From Candidatus Fraserbacteria bacterium (GTDB taxonomy: Bacteria; Bipolaricaulota; Bipolaricaulia; RBG-16-55-9; DRXL01): a DNA stretch of 64,000 bases. The notes beneath the pieces were generated by a model. That model had not been told where the DNA came from, did not search any database, and worked only from the letters and a program-made list of their open reading frames with translations. Of this stretch, positions 19,079 to 28,767 are shown in pieces. A program made the translations under genes and the position numbers. The DNA lies in contig CAMTVK010000006.1 of the NCBI GenBank assembly GCA_947085185.1, forward strand, positions 1-64,000, read 5' to 3'. Each line of letters starts with the position of its first letter. The first letter of the stretch is position 1.

Positions 19079-21724
19079 ATGAGAACGAGTACGCTAGTGT
19101 TCGCGGTGTGCATTGGGATCGGTCTGATAGTGGGATTGAACGGATGTCAAGGGGTACCACCGGGGGTCAAGACCCCTGAGACAGGCCAATCACAGCCCCC
19201 CAAAGTAGAAGAGCCTAAACGGCCAGAGCAGTCCCAACCGAAGCCCAAAGAACCAAAAGAAGTACTAGGGCAGATCGGAGCGCTCTCGGTGGTGCGCCTG
19301 GAGGTCTATCCCAGCAATCGCGTTGTCACCAAGGATGGAACGGTCGCGCTCAATGTCTATCTGTCGAACCCTGGGACAAGCGAAGCTGGAGAGGACGTAA
19401 CGCTCGTACTTGATGGGCAGACGCTGGGCACGCAGAGGGCACAAGTCGGCCCCGGCCAGATGGGGCATCTGCACTTCCAAATTCGTGGGTTTTCCGGGCC
19501 GGGGAAGAAAGAGATCGAGCTTGCCGGACAGAAGATCGAGATCACTGTGATCGAGCCGCAGCCCTCACGCGGCGGAGTCATCCCCACCGACGCTAAAGTC
19601 GTCAGCGCTGCCGAGGGCCTGCACGAGCCGGGCGTCCCCGGCGGCAAGATCGTCATCGGCACCATCAGCGGGCCGAAGACCCTCAACCCCGTCGTAGCCC
19701 AAGAGACAAGCTCGACAGATGTCACGGGATTGATGCACGCAAGCTTGATCGAGACGCGCTGGGAAGACTATACGCCCGCGCCGGGGCTCGCTGTCGCCTG
19801 GGAGATCTCCGACGATCGCAAAGAGATCATCTTACACTTGCGGCGCGGCGTCCGATGGTCCGACGGGACGTGCTGTTTTACCGCGGACGACGTGCTCTTC
19901 ACCTATAACGATCTCCATCTCAACCCCGACGTGAACTCCAACGGACGGGACTTGCTCTATATCGAGGGCAAGCCCCTTCAGTTTGTCAAGATTGACGATG
20001 AGACCGTCAAGGTCATCATGCCCAAGCCCTTCCGCCCCATCTTCTGGTCGCTCACGTTTGACATTCTGCCCAAGTTCAAGCTCGCCGATAGAGTAGCCAA
20101 GCTCAATCCCGGAGCAAGAGGGTACTTTGAGGGCCTCAAGAAAGCGATCGAAGACCATCGCCAGGGCCTGCAAGACGTTTCTGCTGAGAAGCTCGCGGAG
20201 CTTGAGCGCAGAGTGGCGGCCCTGGGCGATGCAGTGAACGCGCAACAGCTCGAGCGAGTGCGAGCCAGCGTCACTAGCCTCAAGGAGACGCTCCAAGCGT
20301 TGCAAGGCGCTGTCCCTCAAGAACAACCGGAACTCATCGAAGCCCTGCAGCGCGCGCTCGACGACGCGCAAAAGCTCGTAGAGCAAGCCGAAGCAAACAA
20401 GTGGGCCGGGGTCTCCCCTGAGCTCTTCAACACCACGTGGAGCTTGGGCACGCCCGCCAGCGAATTTGTCGGCCTTGGCCCCTATCGCTTTGTGCGCTAT
20501 GACGTGGACCAGCAGGTCATTCTCGAGCGCAATCCCTACTACTGGAAAGTCGACGCCAACGGGGTACAGCTCCCGTACTTCGATCAGTTTGTCTTTCTGG
20601 TCGTGCCCAATCAAGACACACTCTTGTTGAAGTTTCAATCGGGGGAGACAGACGCGCTCGGGCCACGGCCCAGCGATTGGCCTCTCCTGATGCAAGGCGT
20701 TAAAGACCTCGAGAGGGACTGTGTCCAGAAGTCCCAAGACGTCACAGTCTGCTTCAACAGCGCCAACAACTGGAAATTACTCAAAGACGGCCCGACCTTC
20801 GGCGAGACCTATCTGGCGTTCAACCAAGACGTCGAGAGAGTGAACCCAGACAAGCCCTTCTATAAAGCATTGCAAGCCGTCTTTCGCAGCGTGCAGTTCC
20901 GGCGCGCCATCGCCCATGCCATCGATAAAGAATCGATCATTGAGAACATCTACAACGGGCTGGCAATCCCCCAATGGAGCCCCGTGAGCATCCCTTCTCC
21001 CTACTACGACAGGAGCGAATCGTTCACCAAGTACGAATATAGTCTAGAGAGAGCCGCGCAGCTGCTCGATGAGATCGGCCTCACAGACATCGACGGCGAC
21101 GGGGTGCGCAACATCACCGATGAGTTCCTCAAGAACTTTGCCAACCCCGAAGACCGGCCCACGGACTTGACCCCCTTTGGCCCGGAGAAGGATCGCGAGC
21201 TGGAGTTTACGCTTGTCACCAACTCGGGCAACCAGATCCGTGAAAAGATCGTCTCACTCTTGGTAAATGACTTTGCCAAGATCGGGGTGAAGGCCAACGC
21301 CCGCCCAGTGGACTTCAACGCTCTTGTCACCCAGTTGACGAGCAGTCAATTTGAAGCGATGGTCTTAGGGCTCACGGGTAGCCCCGAGCCCAACAACGGC
21401 GCCAACGTCTGGAAGACTAGCGGGCGCTTGCACTTCTGGCGCTACTCGTCCAAAGACAACCCCCCAGCTTGGGAGAGGCAAGTCGATGAGCTCTTCGATC
21501 GTGGGGCGACGACCTTCGACGAAGACGAGGTGAAACGCATCTACAAAGAGTTCCAAAAGCTCGTCTCGGAGAATCTGCCCTATATCTATCTTGTCAATCA
21601 GCAGTTTCTCTATGTGAGCAAAGCTGGGTTGGGCAACAATGAGAACTTCAAGCCCAACTGGGGTGTGGTAGCGTTGGCAGATATACTCTGGTGGAAGGAC
21701 GAGCCACGGCGGGCAGAGAAGTAG
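19079..21724 (+). CDS. Family 5 ABC substrate-binding lipoprotein with N-terminal CARDB/Ig-like domain and internal helical insert
   Basis: Lipobox LNGC; GPKTLNP, LRRGVRWSDG, FTADDV, GPY, RNPYYWK, FRRAIAHAIDK. Confidence 0.88.
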   Translation: MRTSTLVFAVCIGIGLIVGLNGCQGVPPGVKTPETGQSQPPKVEEPKRPEQSQPKPKEPKEVLGQIGALSVVRLEVYPSNRVVTKDGTVALNVYLSNPGTSEAGEDVTLVLDGQTLGTQRAQVGPGQMGHLHFQIRGFSGPGKKEIELAGQKIEITVIEPQPSRGGVIPTDAKVVSAAEGLHEPGVPGGKIVIGTISGPKTLNPVVAQETSSTDVTGLMHASLIETRWEDYTPAPGLAVAWEISDDRKEIILHLRRGVRWSDGTCCFTADDVLFTYNDLHLNPDVNSNGRDLLYIEGKPLQFVKIDDETVKVIMPKPFRPIFWSLTFDILPKFKLADRVAKLNPGARGYFEGLKKAIEDHRQGLQDVSAEKLAELERRVAALGDAVNAQQLERVRASVTSLKETLQALQGAVPQEQPELIEALQRALDDAQKLVEQAEANKWAGVSPELFNTTWSLGTPASEFVGLGPYRFVRYDVDQQVILERNPYYWKVDANGVQLPYFDQFVFLVVPNQDTLLLKFQSGETDALGPRPSDWPLLMQGVKDLERDCVQKSQDVTVCFNSANNWKLLKDGPTFGETYLAFNQDVERVNPDKPFYKALQAVFRSVQFRRAIAHAIDKESIIENIYNGLAIPQWSPVSIPSPYYDRSESFTKYEYSLERAAQLLDEIGLTDIDGDGVRNITDEFLKNFANPEDRPTDLTPFGPEKDRELEFTLVTNSGNQIREKIVSLLVNDFAKIGVKANARPVDFNALVTQLTSSQFEAMVLGLTGSPEPNNGANVWKTSGRLHFWRYSSKDNPPAWERQVDELFDRGATTFDEDEVKRIYKEFQKLVSENLPYIYLVNQQFLYVSKAGLGNNENFKPNWGVVALADILWWKDEPRRAEK

Positions 21725-21737
21725 TCTAGCTTTGTAC

Positions 21738-21771
21738 ACCTACCCCCAACCCCTTCCCGTGTCGGGAGCGG
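21738..21771. repeat. Degenerate REP-like C-rich palindromic element
   Basis: ACCTACCCCCAACCCCTTCCCG-tgt-CGGGAG; resembles the element at 48434-48470. Confidence 0.4.
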
Positions 21772-21793
21772 CCGGGGTCCAGAGCATCAGACT

Positions 21794-22942
21794 ATGCTCA
21801 ACTACATCGCGCGGCGCTTACTCTACATGATCCCGACGATGCTCGTCATCTCTATCGTTTCGTTCTTTGTGGTCCAGCTCGCCCCCGGAGATTTCTTAAC
21901 AAAGTACAAGCTCAACGAGCGCATCTCCCAAGAGACTTTGCAAAACATTGCGAAAAATTTGGGGTTGGAAAAGCCATGTGAGCCTCTCGAAGGCCAGTGG
22001 TCCGGCTGCATGGAACGCTACTGGCGTTGGCTCAAGGGGATTCTCGTCAGCAGCGACAGCGTCGATCCTGCCACAGGGCAGCGATGGCACGTCTGGTCTA
22101 TAGATACTCAGTTTCCGTTCATCCACTGGAACCCAGACTTTGGGTTCTCATTTGAGACCAATCAACCCGTGGCGAAGCTCTTTTGGGAGCGCTTGCCCCT
22201 CACGCTGCTTGTGACGATCCCCACGTTTCTCTTTGCGTGGCTCATCTCGCTGCCGTTGGGGATCTATGCCGCGACCCGACAGTATTCCCTCGGGGATACG
22301 ATCTTTACGCTCTTGGGGTTTGCTGGGCTTTCGATCCCTAATTTCTTCTTGGCGTTGGTCTTGATGTACTGGCTTGTCGTCTCGGTGACGCCTACGCTTT
22401 GTAGTTGGGGGTGGCAGTTCTTCTGTCCGGGTCAGCCGGGGGCATCTGTTGGGGGACTCTTCGTGCAGGAGCACATGGGGGGTTCTCCTTGGCCTTGGGA
22501 CTGGTCTGTCAAAAAATGGCTCGACTATCTGTGGCATCTGTGGCCCGCCGTCTTAGTGATCGGGAGTTCGTCTATTGCCGGGCTGATGCGCATCATGCGC
22601 GGCCAGATGCTCGACATTCTCGGCTCGCAGTATATTATGACGGCGCGGGCCAAGGGCCTCAACGAGCGCGTTGTGATCTATAAGCACGCGCTGCGCAATG
22701 CGCTCAACGTCATGATCAGTATCTTTGGGCAGAGCCTCCCCGGCTTGATCGGAGGTGCGCTCATCACGGCGATCGTGCTCAACTTCCCTACGGTCGAGCG
22801 GCTCTTTTATGAAGCCCTGCGGGCGTACGATGACTATTTAGTCCAGACGCTCCTGATGTTCTTTGCTATGGTGCTCTTGCTGGGCAATCTCTTGGCTGAC
22901 GTGATGCTCGCGTGGGCTGACCCACGGATTCGCTATGACTGA
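21794..22942 (+). CDS. Peptide ABC transporter permease (OppB-like)
   Basis: YIARRLL, SIPNFFL, TARAKGL, KHALRNA, DPRIRY. Confidence 0.92.
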   Translation: MLNYIARRLLYMIPTMLVISIVSFFVVQLAPGDFLTKYKLNERISQETLQNIAKNLGLEKPCEPLEGQWSGCMERYWRWLKGILVSSDSVDPATGQRWHVWSIDTQFPFIHWNPDFGFSFETNQPVAKLFWERLPLTLLVTIPTFLFAWLISLPLGIYAATRQYSLGDTIFTLLGFAGLSIPNFFLALVLMYWLVVSVTPTLCSWGWQFFCPGQPGASVGGLFVQEHMGGSPWPWDWSVKKWLDYLWHLWPAVLVIGSSSIAGLMRIMRGQMLDILGSQYIMTARAKGLNERVVIYKHALRNALNVMISIFGQSLPGLIGGALITAIVLNFPTVERLFYEALRAYDDYLVQTLLMFFAMVLLLGNLLADVMLAWADPRIRYD

Positions 22943-24044
22943 GAAGCCCGTCACGCAGGGACAGCTCATCTGGCGGCGCTTCCGACGCCATAAGCTGGGG
23001 GCTCTGGGTGGGGCTATCATCGCGGTGCTCGTGATCGTGACGCTCTTTGCGCACTTCATCAGTCCGTATGATTACGCGACCCAGCGTCGGCGATTCGCGT
23101 TCGCTCCGCCCACGAAGATTCATGTCTTCGACAAAGACGGCCGATTGAGCTGGCCCTTCGTCTATGGGCTCTCTCGGGAGCGCGATCCCAGAGGGCGTTG
23201 GATCTATCGCGAGAACAGAGAGCTCGTCTACCCTATACGATTCTTCGTGCGGGGCGATCCGTATAAGCTCTTCTGGGTCATCCCCACAGATATTCATCTC
23301 TTTGGCACAGGGGAGAGAGATCCAAACTCACCTGGGCAGATCTTTCTCTTCGGCACCGACGACGTGGGGCGCGATCTCTTTTCGCGCACGCTCATTGGGG
23401 GTTGGGTCTCACTCTCGATAGGGCCGTTGGCGTTGGCAATTAGCTTAACATTAGCGATTATCTTTGGCGGGATTTCGGGGTACTTTGGCGGCGGCTGGGA
23501 TAACTTCATTCAGCGAGCGATCGAAGTCTTAAATTCTTTTCCGGGGTTGCCGTTGCTCTTAGCGCTCGCGGCGATCCTGCCGCCGGGGCTCTCCCCGGCG
23601 ATCTCGTTTGTGCTCATCATTGCGATTCTGTCTGTGTTGGGCTGGGGTGGCACGGCCCGAGCGCTCCGTGGGCTCTTCTTAGTGCTGCGCGAACAAGAAT
23701 TTGCTTTGGCGGCCAAAGCGATGGGCGCAAGCCATAGTCGTATTATCTTCAAGCATCTTCTGCCCAACGCGCTCAGTTATATCATCGTCAGCGCGACGTT
23801 GGGCATCCCCGGGCTGATCTTAGCCGAAGCGTCGCTGAGCTTTCTGGGCTTTGGCATTCGCGACCCCATGACAAGCTGGGGTCAGCTTTTAAATCAATTC
23901 ACCGACAGTACGATCACGAATTTAACATATCATCCGTGGCTGATGATCCCGGGGTTCTTTATTATTATCGCCGTGTTAGCTTTTAATTTTATGGGGGACG
24001 CCCTGCGCGATGCGACCGATCCCTTCTCGATGCAGGGAAGATAA
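22935..24044 (+). CDS. Peptide ABC transporter permease (OppC-like)
   Basis: WRRFRRHKLG, GTDDVGRDLFSR, AAKAMGAS, EASLSFLG, GDALRDATDP. Confidence 0.92.
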   Translation: MTEKPVTQGQLIWRRFRRHKLGALGGAIIAVLVIVTLFAHFISPYDYATQRRRFAFAPPTKIHVFDKDGRLSWPFVYGLSRERDPRGRWIYRENRELVYPIRFFVRGDPYKLFWVIPTDIHLFGTGERDPNSPGQIFLFGTDDVGRDLFSRTLIGGWVSLSIGPLALAISLTLAIIFGGISGYFGGGWDNFIQRAIEVLNSFPGLPLLLALAAILPPGLSPAISFVLIIAILSVLGWGGTARALRGLFLVLREQEFALAAKAMGASHSRIIFKHLLPNALSYIIVSATLGIPGLILAEASLSFLGFGIRDPMTSWGQLLNQFTDSTITNLTYHPWLMIPGFFIIIAVLAFNFMGDALRDATDPFSMQGR

Positions 24045-24084
24045 AAAAAAAAGCCTTGCCGAGCTGCACAGCTCGACAAGGCTT
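24043..24084 (-). terminator. Intrinsic terminator between convergent genes (U-tract on minus strand)
   Basis: Stem AAGCCTTG-c-CGAGCT / AGCTCG-a-CAAGGCTT preceded on the + strand by a 10-A run. Confidence 0.85.
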
Positions 24085-24098
24085 CTGATCTTGAAGCG

Positions 24099-25394
24099 TT
24101 ACTGACACTCTTGTCCGTTAGCCAAGTTTTCTAAGCACTGCCTGTCGAACACTCGTCCCAGCTGGATTAAGAGCGCCTTCGTAGCGGCGCGGCGCACCGC
24201 GGGTGTGGCTCCGTTCATGTCGCTCCTGAGCTGGGCTTCGGGCCTGTCCGCCCAGCGGTTACCTAGCTCGTACCAAGCAGCTAAGCCAATCTCAGGATTC
24301 CCTGTATCTTGGGCGAGTCCCTCGAGATAGGCCGTCTCTGCATCTTCGAGCAACTTCGCTAAGCCGCGCTGCTTAGCAAAAGACGAGTATATCTCGATCG
24401 CGGCACCTTCGGCATCACTGTAGACCTGGTACTGATAGCCTACAAGCTCCTGGAGCAACTCTTGATTGTTGTTCGCTTTGGCCTGTTGAGCTGCTGCGAG
24501 GAATGCCTCTATATCGCTCTGTCCTTCAGAGGGCTGGATGCATGGTTGGAAGACCCCGGCGAAGACCTGGACCCCTTGGACGTAGGCGCGCGCCGCTGCC
24601 AGCTTCAAGCCAGGCTTCTGGTTGGCATCCGTAGCGAGCCCAAAGAGCTTCTCACATCCGATGTCAACCAGAGGGCCGAGGAAGGAGTAAGCACCGGGAG
24701 CGACCTCATTGGCAACAACTGCGCTCAAGGCCTTGTATTTGCTGCACTCCACAGAAAACTCCGTGGTCTTCCCAGTGGTGGGGTCACTGATTTGAAGTTG
24801 GACGTCCTCTCCAGCAAGGCAGCTGCTAATCCGTGCGAGCCCGTTGTCCGCACCACGGTTGAAGAAATTGAACAGCCCATTGGTCAAATAGCTGGACGCC
24901 AAGGCATAGGCCGCTTCCATCTGTCCGGCGCCTTCAGCCTCAATCACCGCTTTGTAGACGAGGTTCAACATACTGTTCTGTGCCGTGCCAGCCCGCTGGA
25001 GCAAGGGATTTTTTATCGAGACGTTGGGAGTAACTGTGAAACTTGCAGGAGCTGGAGCAAGCAATATCTCGCTGCGAGCCAAGCCGCTGGAACTGGCCGC
25101 CGCACGAGCCTGAGCGGTCATCCCTCTACCCCCAACCCTCGCCTTCCATGCCGTATCAGAATGCTGAGGGTTCACAGCCAGCTTGTACATCCCTTCCGGA
25201 ACCACACCCTCACGCGACGCAATGTCAATCAACAATTGAGCTAACAAGAACCCCGCTACAATCCGAACGTCATCGTTGGCACTGGGGATCGGCTGGGTTT
25301 GCTGAGCTGTCACCGCAGGCCCCAACGAACCTCCCCCGAGCAAACCACTACCAACCACGATAGCAACCGCTATCAGATTGAGAACTCTCTTCAT
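24099..25394 (-). CDS. Secreted Ala-rich helical hypothetical protein (431 aa)
   Basis: SD AAAAGGAGG before MKRVLN; signal peptide ending VTA-Q; six Cys; own terminator. Confidence 0.75.
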   Translation of the reverse strand: MKRVLNLIAVAIVVGSGLLGGGSLGPAVTAQQTQPIPSANDDVRIVAGFLLAQLLIDIASREGVVPEGMYKLAVNPQHSDTAWKARVGGRGMTAQARAAASSSGLARSEILLAPAPASFTVTPNVSIKNPLLQRAGTAQNSMLNLVYKAVIEAEGAGQMEAAYALASSYLTNGLFNFFNRGADNGLARISSCLAGEDVQLQISDPTTGKTTEFSVECSKYKALSAVVANEVAPGAYSFLGPLVDIGCEKLFGLATDANQKPGLKLAAARAYVQGVQVFAGVFQPCIQPSEGQSDIEAFLAAAQQAKANNNQELLQELVGYQYQVYSDAEGAAIEIYSSFAKQRGLAKLLEDAETAYLEGLAQDTGNPEIGLAAWYELGNRWADRPEAQLRSDMNGATPAVRRAATKALLIQLGRVFDRQCLENLANGQECQ

Positions 25395-25476
25395 ATCTTC
25401 CAACCTCCTTTTTGTGATATGGCTGTAGCTCCACATGGAACGAAAAGACCTAGCCTCACTCCGTGGGAAGAGCAGA

Positions 25477-26256
25477 TCACCTCCTCAAGCCGACAGGCCC
25501 CTGCTCCAAACGCTCGATCTGTCGGCGCGTAAGAGCTACAAAACGATCTACAATGAGCTTGAACTGATCTGTTTCGGGTTTAGTGCGCTCCTCCGGAGAG
25601 AGCAATGGACTGCGGAAGGCCCCAACGATCATGCCGCGTTGCAGGGTGACTAATTTCTCATGGCGCGGTCCGGGAACCTCAACCTCGATCCTCCGCACAA
25701 CTTCCTTACGGAACGCCAGGGCGAACTCATCGGGATCATATTTATAAATGAGCACGGCATCGACCTCCCCCTTGAGAGCTTCCTGCACGGCAGCCACCAT
25801 CTGTGCGGGTAAATCCGTTGGAGTGCCGAAGCCGATGATCTCGGGAGGGCCAGCGGTGAAGAGCTGCTCCGCGCTCTCTTCAGCAATATAATAGAGCAAC
25901 ACAACTGTCAAACGAATGGCTTCCTCGCGGGTGCGGCCGCGCTTCTGGAAGACCGCTGCAGCGCTGATAGGGTTGCCTAAGCGTTCTTCACGCTGGGCTT
26001 CGAGCCGCCCTGTCGCTTGGAGCACCCACGTCCACGGCTGGAACCACGGAGGGGTCAAAAGCCACTGAGGGCCAATCATCACTTCGTTGACGTCCGTGGC
26101 GGTCAGTATGAGCCCTTTGAGCTCTTGGAAGATTCGTTCGGCTTTGGTTGGATCGAGAGCGGCTTGCTCTTGCTGGCTATTCCCAAGATAGTGTCCTATA
26201 AACAGCCCTAGGGTGATCAAGAGAAAAACCAACCCTAGCCATCGCTGCTTGCGCAT
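25477..26256 (-). CDS. Membrane-anchored or secreted hypothetical protein (259 aa)
   Basis: SD AAGGAG before MRKQRW; single N-terminal hydrophobic segment; promoter upstream. Confidence 0.7.
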   Translation of the reverse strand: MRKQRWLGLVFLLITLGLFIGHYLGNSQQEQAALDPTKAERIFQELKGLILTATDVNEVMIGPQWLLTPPWFQPWTWVLQATGRLEAQREERLGNPISAAAVFQKRGRTREEAIRLTVVLLYYIAEESAEQLFTAGPPEIIGFGTPTDLPAQMVAAVQEALKGEVDAVLIYKYDPDEFALAFRKEVVRRIEVEVPGPRHEKLVTLQRGMIVGAFRSPLLSPEERTKPETDQFKLIVDRFVALTRRQIERLEQGPVGLRR

Positions 26257-26275
26257 GACATACTCCTTGGTGTCA

Positions 26276-26310
26276 AAGATAGCATAAAACCCCCTCAATT
26301 GTCAAGAGGG
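26276..26310 (-). promoter_or_regulatory. Sigma70-like promoter with inverted repeat around -35
   Basis: Minus strand TTGACA-18 nt-TATCTT (with TG extension); CCCTC-N9-GAGGG brackets the -35. Confidence 0.55.
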
Positions 26311-26338
26311 TCAAAAAAAAACGAAGAGATCGCGGATT

Positions 26339-27436
26339 TTACGGAAGCCCCTCTCTGAATGCGCTCCACAGCGCCGTGTACTCCCCCTTGGGGTTCCAGA
26401 AGAGATAGCTCTCTATGTTCAGCTCGCGCACCGCGCGCACCTGCGCTCGAATGTATTCCCCATAACTTAAGTGTCCGGGAATGCGCATCTCGAACGCCTG
26501 CAAGAAGGGTCTGAGTTTGAGCTCGCGCCTCAGCCCGCTCTCCAGAGCTCTCTTGACCGTCCCGTAGGGGTCAGAACGCAACTCATCAGTCTCATAATGT
26601 GACGGATAGACCATCGGCGAGAGCACGTCAAAGAACTTTGCAAACGTCTCGAGGTGCTGCCCGATGGGGTCTATCTTTTTTGTATTCCAACTCCAGAGCG
26701 TCCGCCCGAAGACGTCCGCCGAGAGCCGAATTTTTTTGTGGAGTCTCTCGGAGGCGCGCCGCACAAATCTCTCAAGAGCGTCGTAGCGCTCGGAGTAGAC
26801 AGGCTTGTACGGCCCGCCGTCGGGCCAGCGAATATAATCGAACTGAATCTCGTCGAACCCCAACGACGCGACTTCTTCAGCAATTGCGAGATTATACTCC
26901 CAGACGCGCTCGTCGGCCGGGGAGACCCAGCGCTGGGGCTCCCTCTCCGTAGCCAGCGCGCTCAGATACCGAGCGAGCTTAGGATCGTAGAACACGACTT
27001 GCCTGGCAATCACATAAAAGCCGAGCTTTTTCAGCTTTGGCACTAGCTCGTCGAGCTTTAAGAGAGCCACCCGAGCACCGATCTTGCGCGCCAGCGGAAC
27101 TTTCGTGTCATACGCGACCGTGCCGTGATTGTCTTTGATATCTATCACGAGAGCGTTGAACCCGACGCGTCGGGAGTTCTCTATAATCTCTTGAAGTTTC
27201 TGGGAATTGGCCGCAACGGCCGCAGGCACGTAGACCCCGCGAATCTTCGAAACGCTCTGAGAAGACGAGTCAAGAGAGGAAGCTGCTCGCTTCAAAGTGG
27301 GCACGAGCGCTGCCTTCGAGACCGGCTGCGCCGGGCGCTCCGGCCTTGCTACGATATATCCCAGCACAGCCAGCCCCAGGAGAACTAGCGCCATAGCTGC
27401 GATATTTCGAGGTTTTCTGCGGTGAGCGCGCGGCAA
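26339..27436 (-). CDS. Putative glycoside hydrolase (DUF4015-like TIM barrel), membrane anchored
   Basis: NALVIDIKD, GFDEIQFDYIRWP, SADVFG, SPMVYPSHY, RPFLQAF; start uncertain (TTG 27436 or ATG 27394). Confidence 0.8.
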   Translation of the reverse strand: MPRAHRRKPRNIAAMALVLLGLAVLGYIVARPERPAQPVSKAALVPTLKRAASSLDSSSQSVSKIRGVYVPAAVAANSQKLQEIIENSRRVGFNALVIDIKDNHGTVAYDTKVPLARKIGARVALLKLDELVPKLKKLGFYVIARQVVFYDPKLARYLSALATEREPQRWVSPADERVWEYNLAIAEEVASLGFDEIQFDYIRWPDGGPYKPVYSERYDALERFVRRASERLHKKIRLSADVFGRTLWSWNTKKIDPIGQHLETFAKFFDVLSPMVYPSHYETDELRSDPYGTVKRALESGLRRELKLRPFLQAFEMRIPGHLSYGEYIRAQVRAVRELNIESYLFWNPKGEYTALWSAFREGLP

Positions 27437-27516
27437 ATTCTCTACACACTCCTGTCAGGGCGGGCCTCCGGTTAGGATATAATCTACTCCGAAGAGAGAG
27501 AGGGGGCCAAGGTCGC

Positions 27517-28767
27517 ATGTCCGATCTTCTGGAGAAAGCGCGTCAGCTGCTGGCCGAAGGTGATCTCTGCGACCATTGTCTGGGGCGGGCGTTCTCGCAG
27601 CTGGGCAAGGGGCTGCGCAACGTGCAGCGAGGTCGCGCCCTGCGCACCGTGCTCACCATGGAGGGGCAGCTCTTTGTTGAGAACGAGCAGAGTTGTCGCA
27701 TCTGCGGGGGAATCTTCGCACACGTGCGTTCGTGGGCTGAGCGCGCGGTCGCCGCTGTCGAGGGTATAGAATTCCGAACATATCTCATGGGCACGCGCGT
27801 TCCGCCGGCTCTAGAGAGCGCGGAGTTGGCCCTCAAAGCCAAGCACACTCTGCGGGGCGAGCCGTTCAAACAAGAGTTCAATCGAGAAGTCGGACGGCTC
27901 TTTGGGACGCTCTTGGCTGAGCGGGGACTCTCTGTCTCTGTAGATTTTCTCGATCCGGAGATCGTGCTCCTTATGGATCTTGGAAGGTCCGAGCTCAGGG
28001 TGCGCATTAACCCGATATTTATCTATGGGCGATATAAAAAATTCGTGCGCACCATTCCTCAGACGAAGTGGCCTTGTCGACAGTGTCGTGGGCGCGGCTG
28101 CCCTGAGTGCAACTTCACCGGGAAGACTTATCAAGAGAGCGTGGAGGAGCTGATCAGTCCGCCATTGCTGAGGGAGACGCGCGGAGTGGGCACAGCATTT
28201 CATGGTGCCGGTCGCGAAGACATTGACGCCCTGATGCTCGGCACAGGGCGCCCGTTCGTCATTGAAATTAAAGAGCCCAAGGTACGCACGCTCGACTTAG
28301 CAAGACTCCAAAGAGAAATTAACGAGAGTGCCGCGGGCAAGATCGAAGTGAGCGAACTCCAATTTGTCAAGGGATCTGTTGTCGAACGTCTGAAGAATTC
28401 TGAAGCCGAGAAGGTCTACGAGGCCAAAGTGCGCTTCGCCGAGCCGATCACAGCGCAGCAGCTCCACAAAGCGCTCGGACGTCTCCAAGGCATACCGATC
28501 GAGCAGCGCACGCCCACACGAGTCGCCCATCGTCGTGCAGACTTAGTCCGCACGCGACGGGTGCTGGAGATCTCCGGAGAGCTCATCAATCCCACAGAAG
28601 CTATGATCACAGTTCACTGCGAAGGGGGCTTATATATCAAAGAGCTTGTCTGCGGGGACGGTGGACGCACGCGCCCCAGCCTGAGTGAGCTCCTAGGAGT
28701 CAGCTCGGAAGTGACGGAGCTGAACGTCCTAGCTGTCTTAGGGGATTTTCTTACGGCTTCAACGTGA
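27517..28767 (+). CDS. pus10: tRNA pseudouridine(54/55) synthase Pus10
   Basis: N-terminal CDHCLGR and CRIC, KQEFNREVG, GRYKKFVRTIPQTKWPC, catalytic HGAGREDIDALMLGTGRPF, QRTPTRVAHRRADLVR, GGLYIKELV. Confidence 0.92.
   Translation: MSDLLEKARQLLAEGDLCDHCLGRAFSQLGKGLRNVQRGRALRTVLTMEGQLFVENEQSCRICGGIFAHVRSWAERAVAAVEGIEFRTYLMGTRVPPALESAELALKAKHTLRGEPFKQEFNREVGRLFGTLLAERGLSVSVDFLDPEIVLLMDLGRSELRVRINPIFIYGRYKKFVRTIPQTKWPCRQCRGRGCPECNFTGKTYQESVEELISPPLLRETRGVGTAFHGAGREDIDALMLGTGRPFVIEIKEPKVRTLDLARLQREINESAAGKIEVSELQFVKGSVVERLKNSEAEKVYEAKVRFAEPITAQQLHKALGRLQGIPIEQRTPTRVAHRRADLVRTRRVLEISGELINPTEAMITVHCEGGLYIKELVCGDGGRTRPSLSELLGVSSEVTELNVLAVLGDFLTAST

Noticed and set aside
24462..25244. 260-aa plus-strand ORF
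   Set aside because: Antisense to the gene with SD, signal peptide and terminator; no coding signals of its own.
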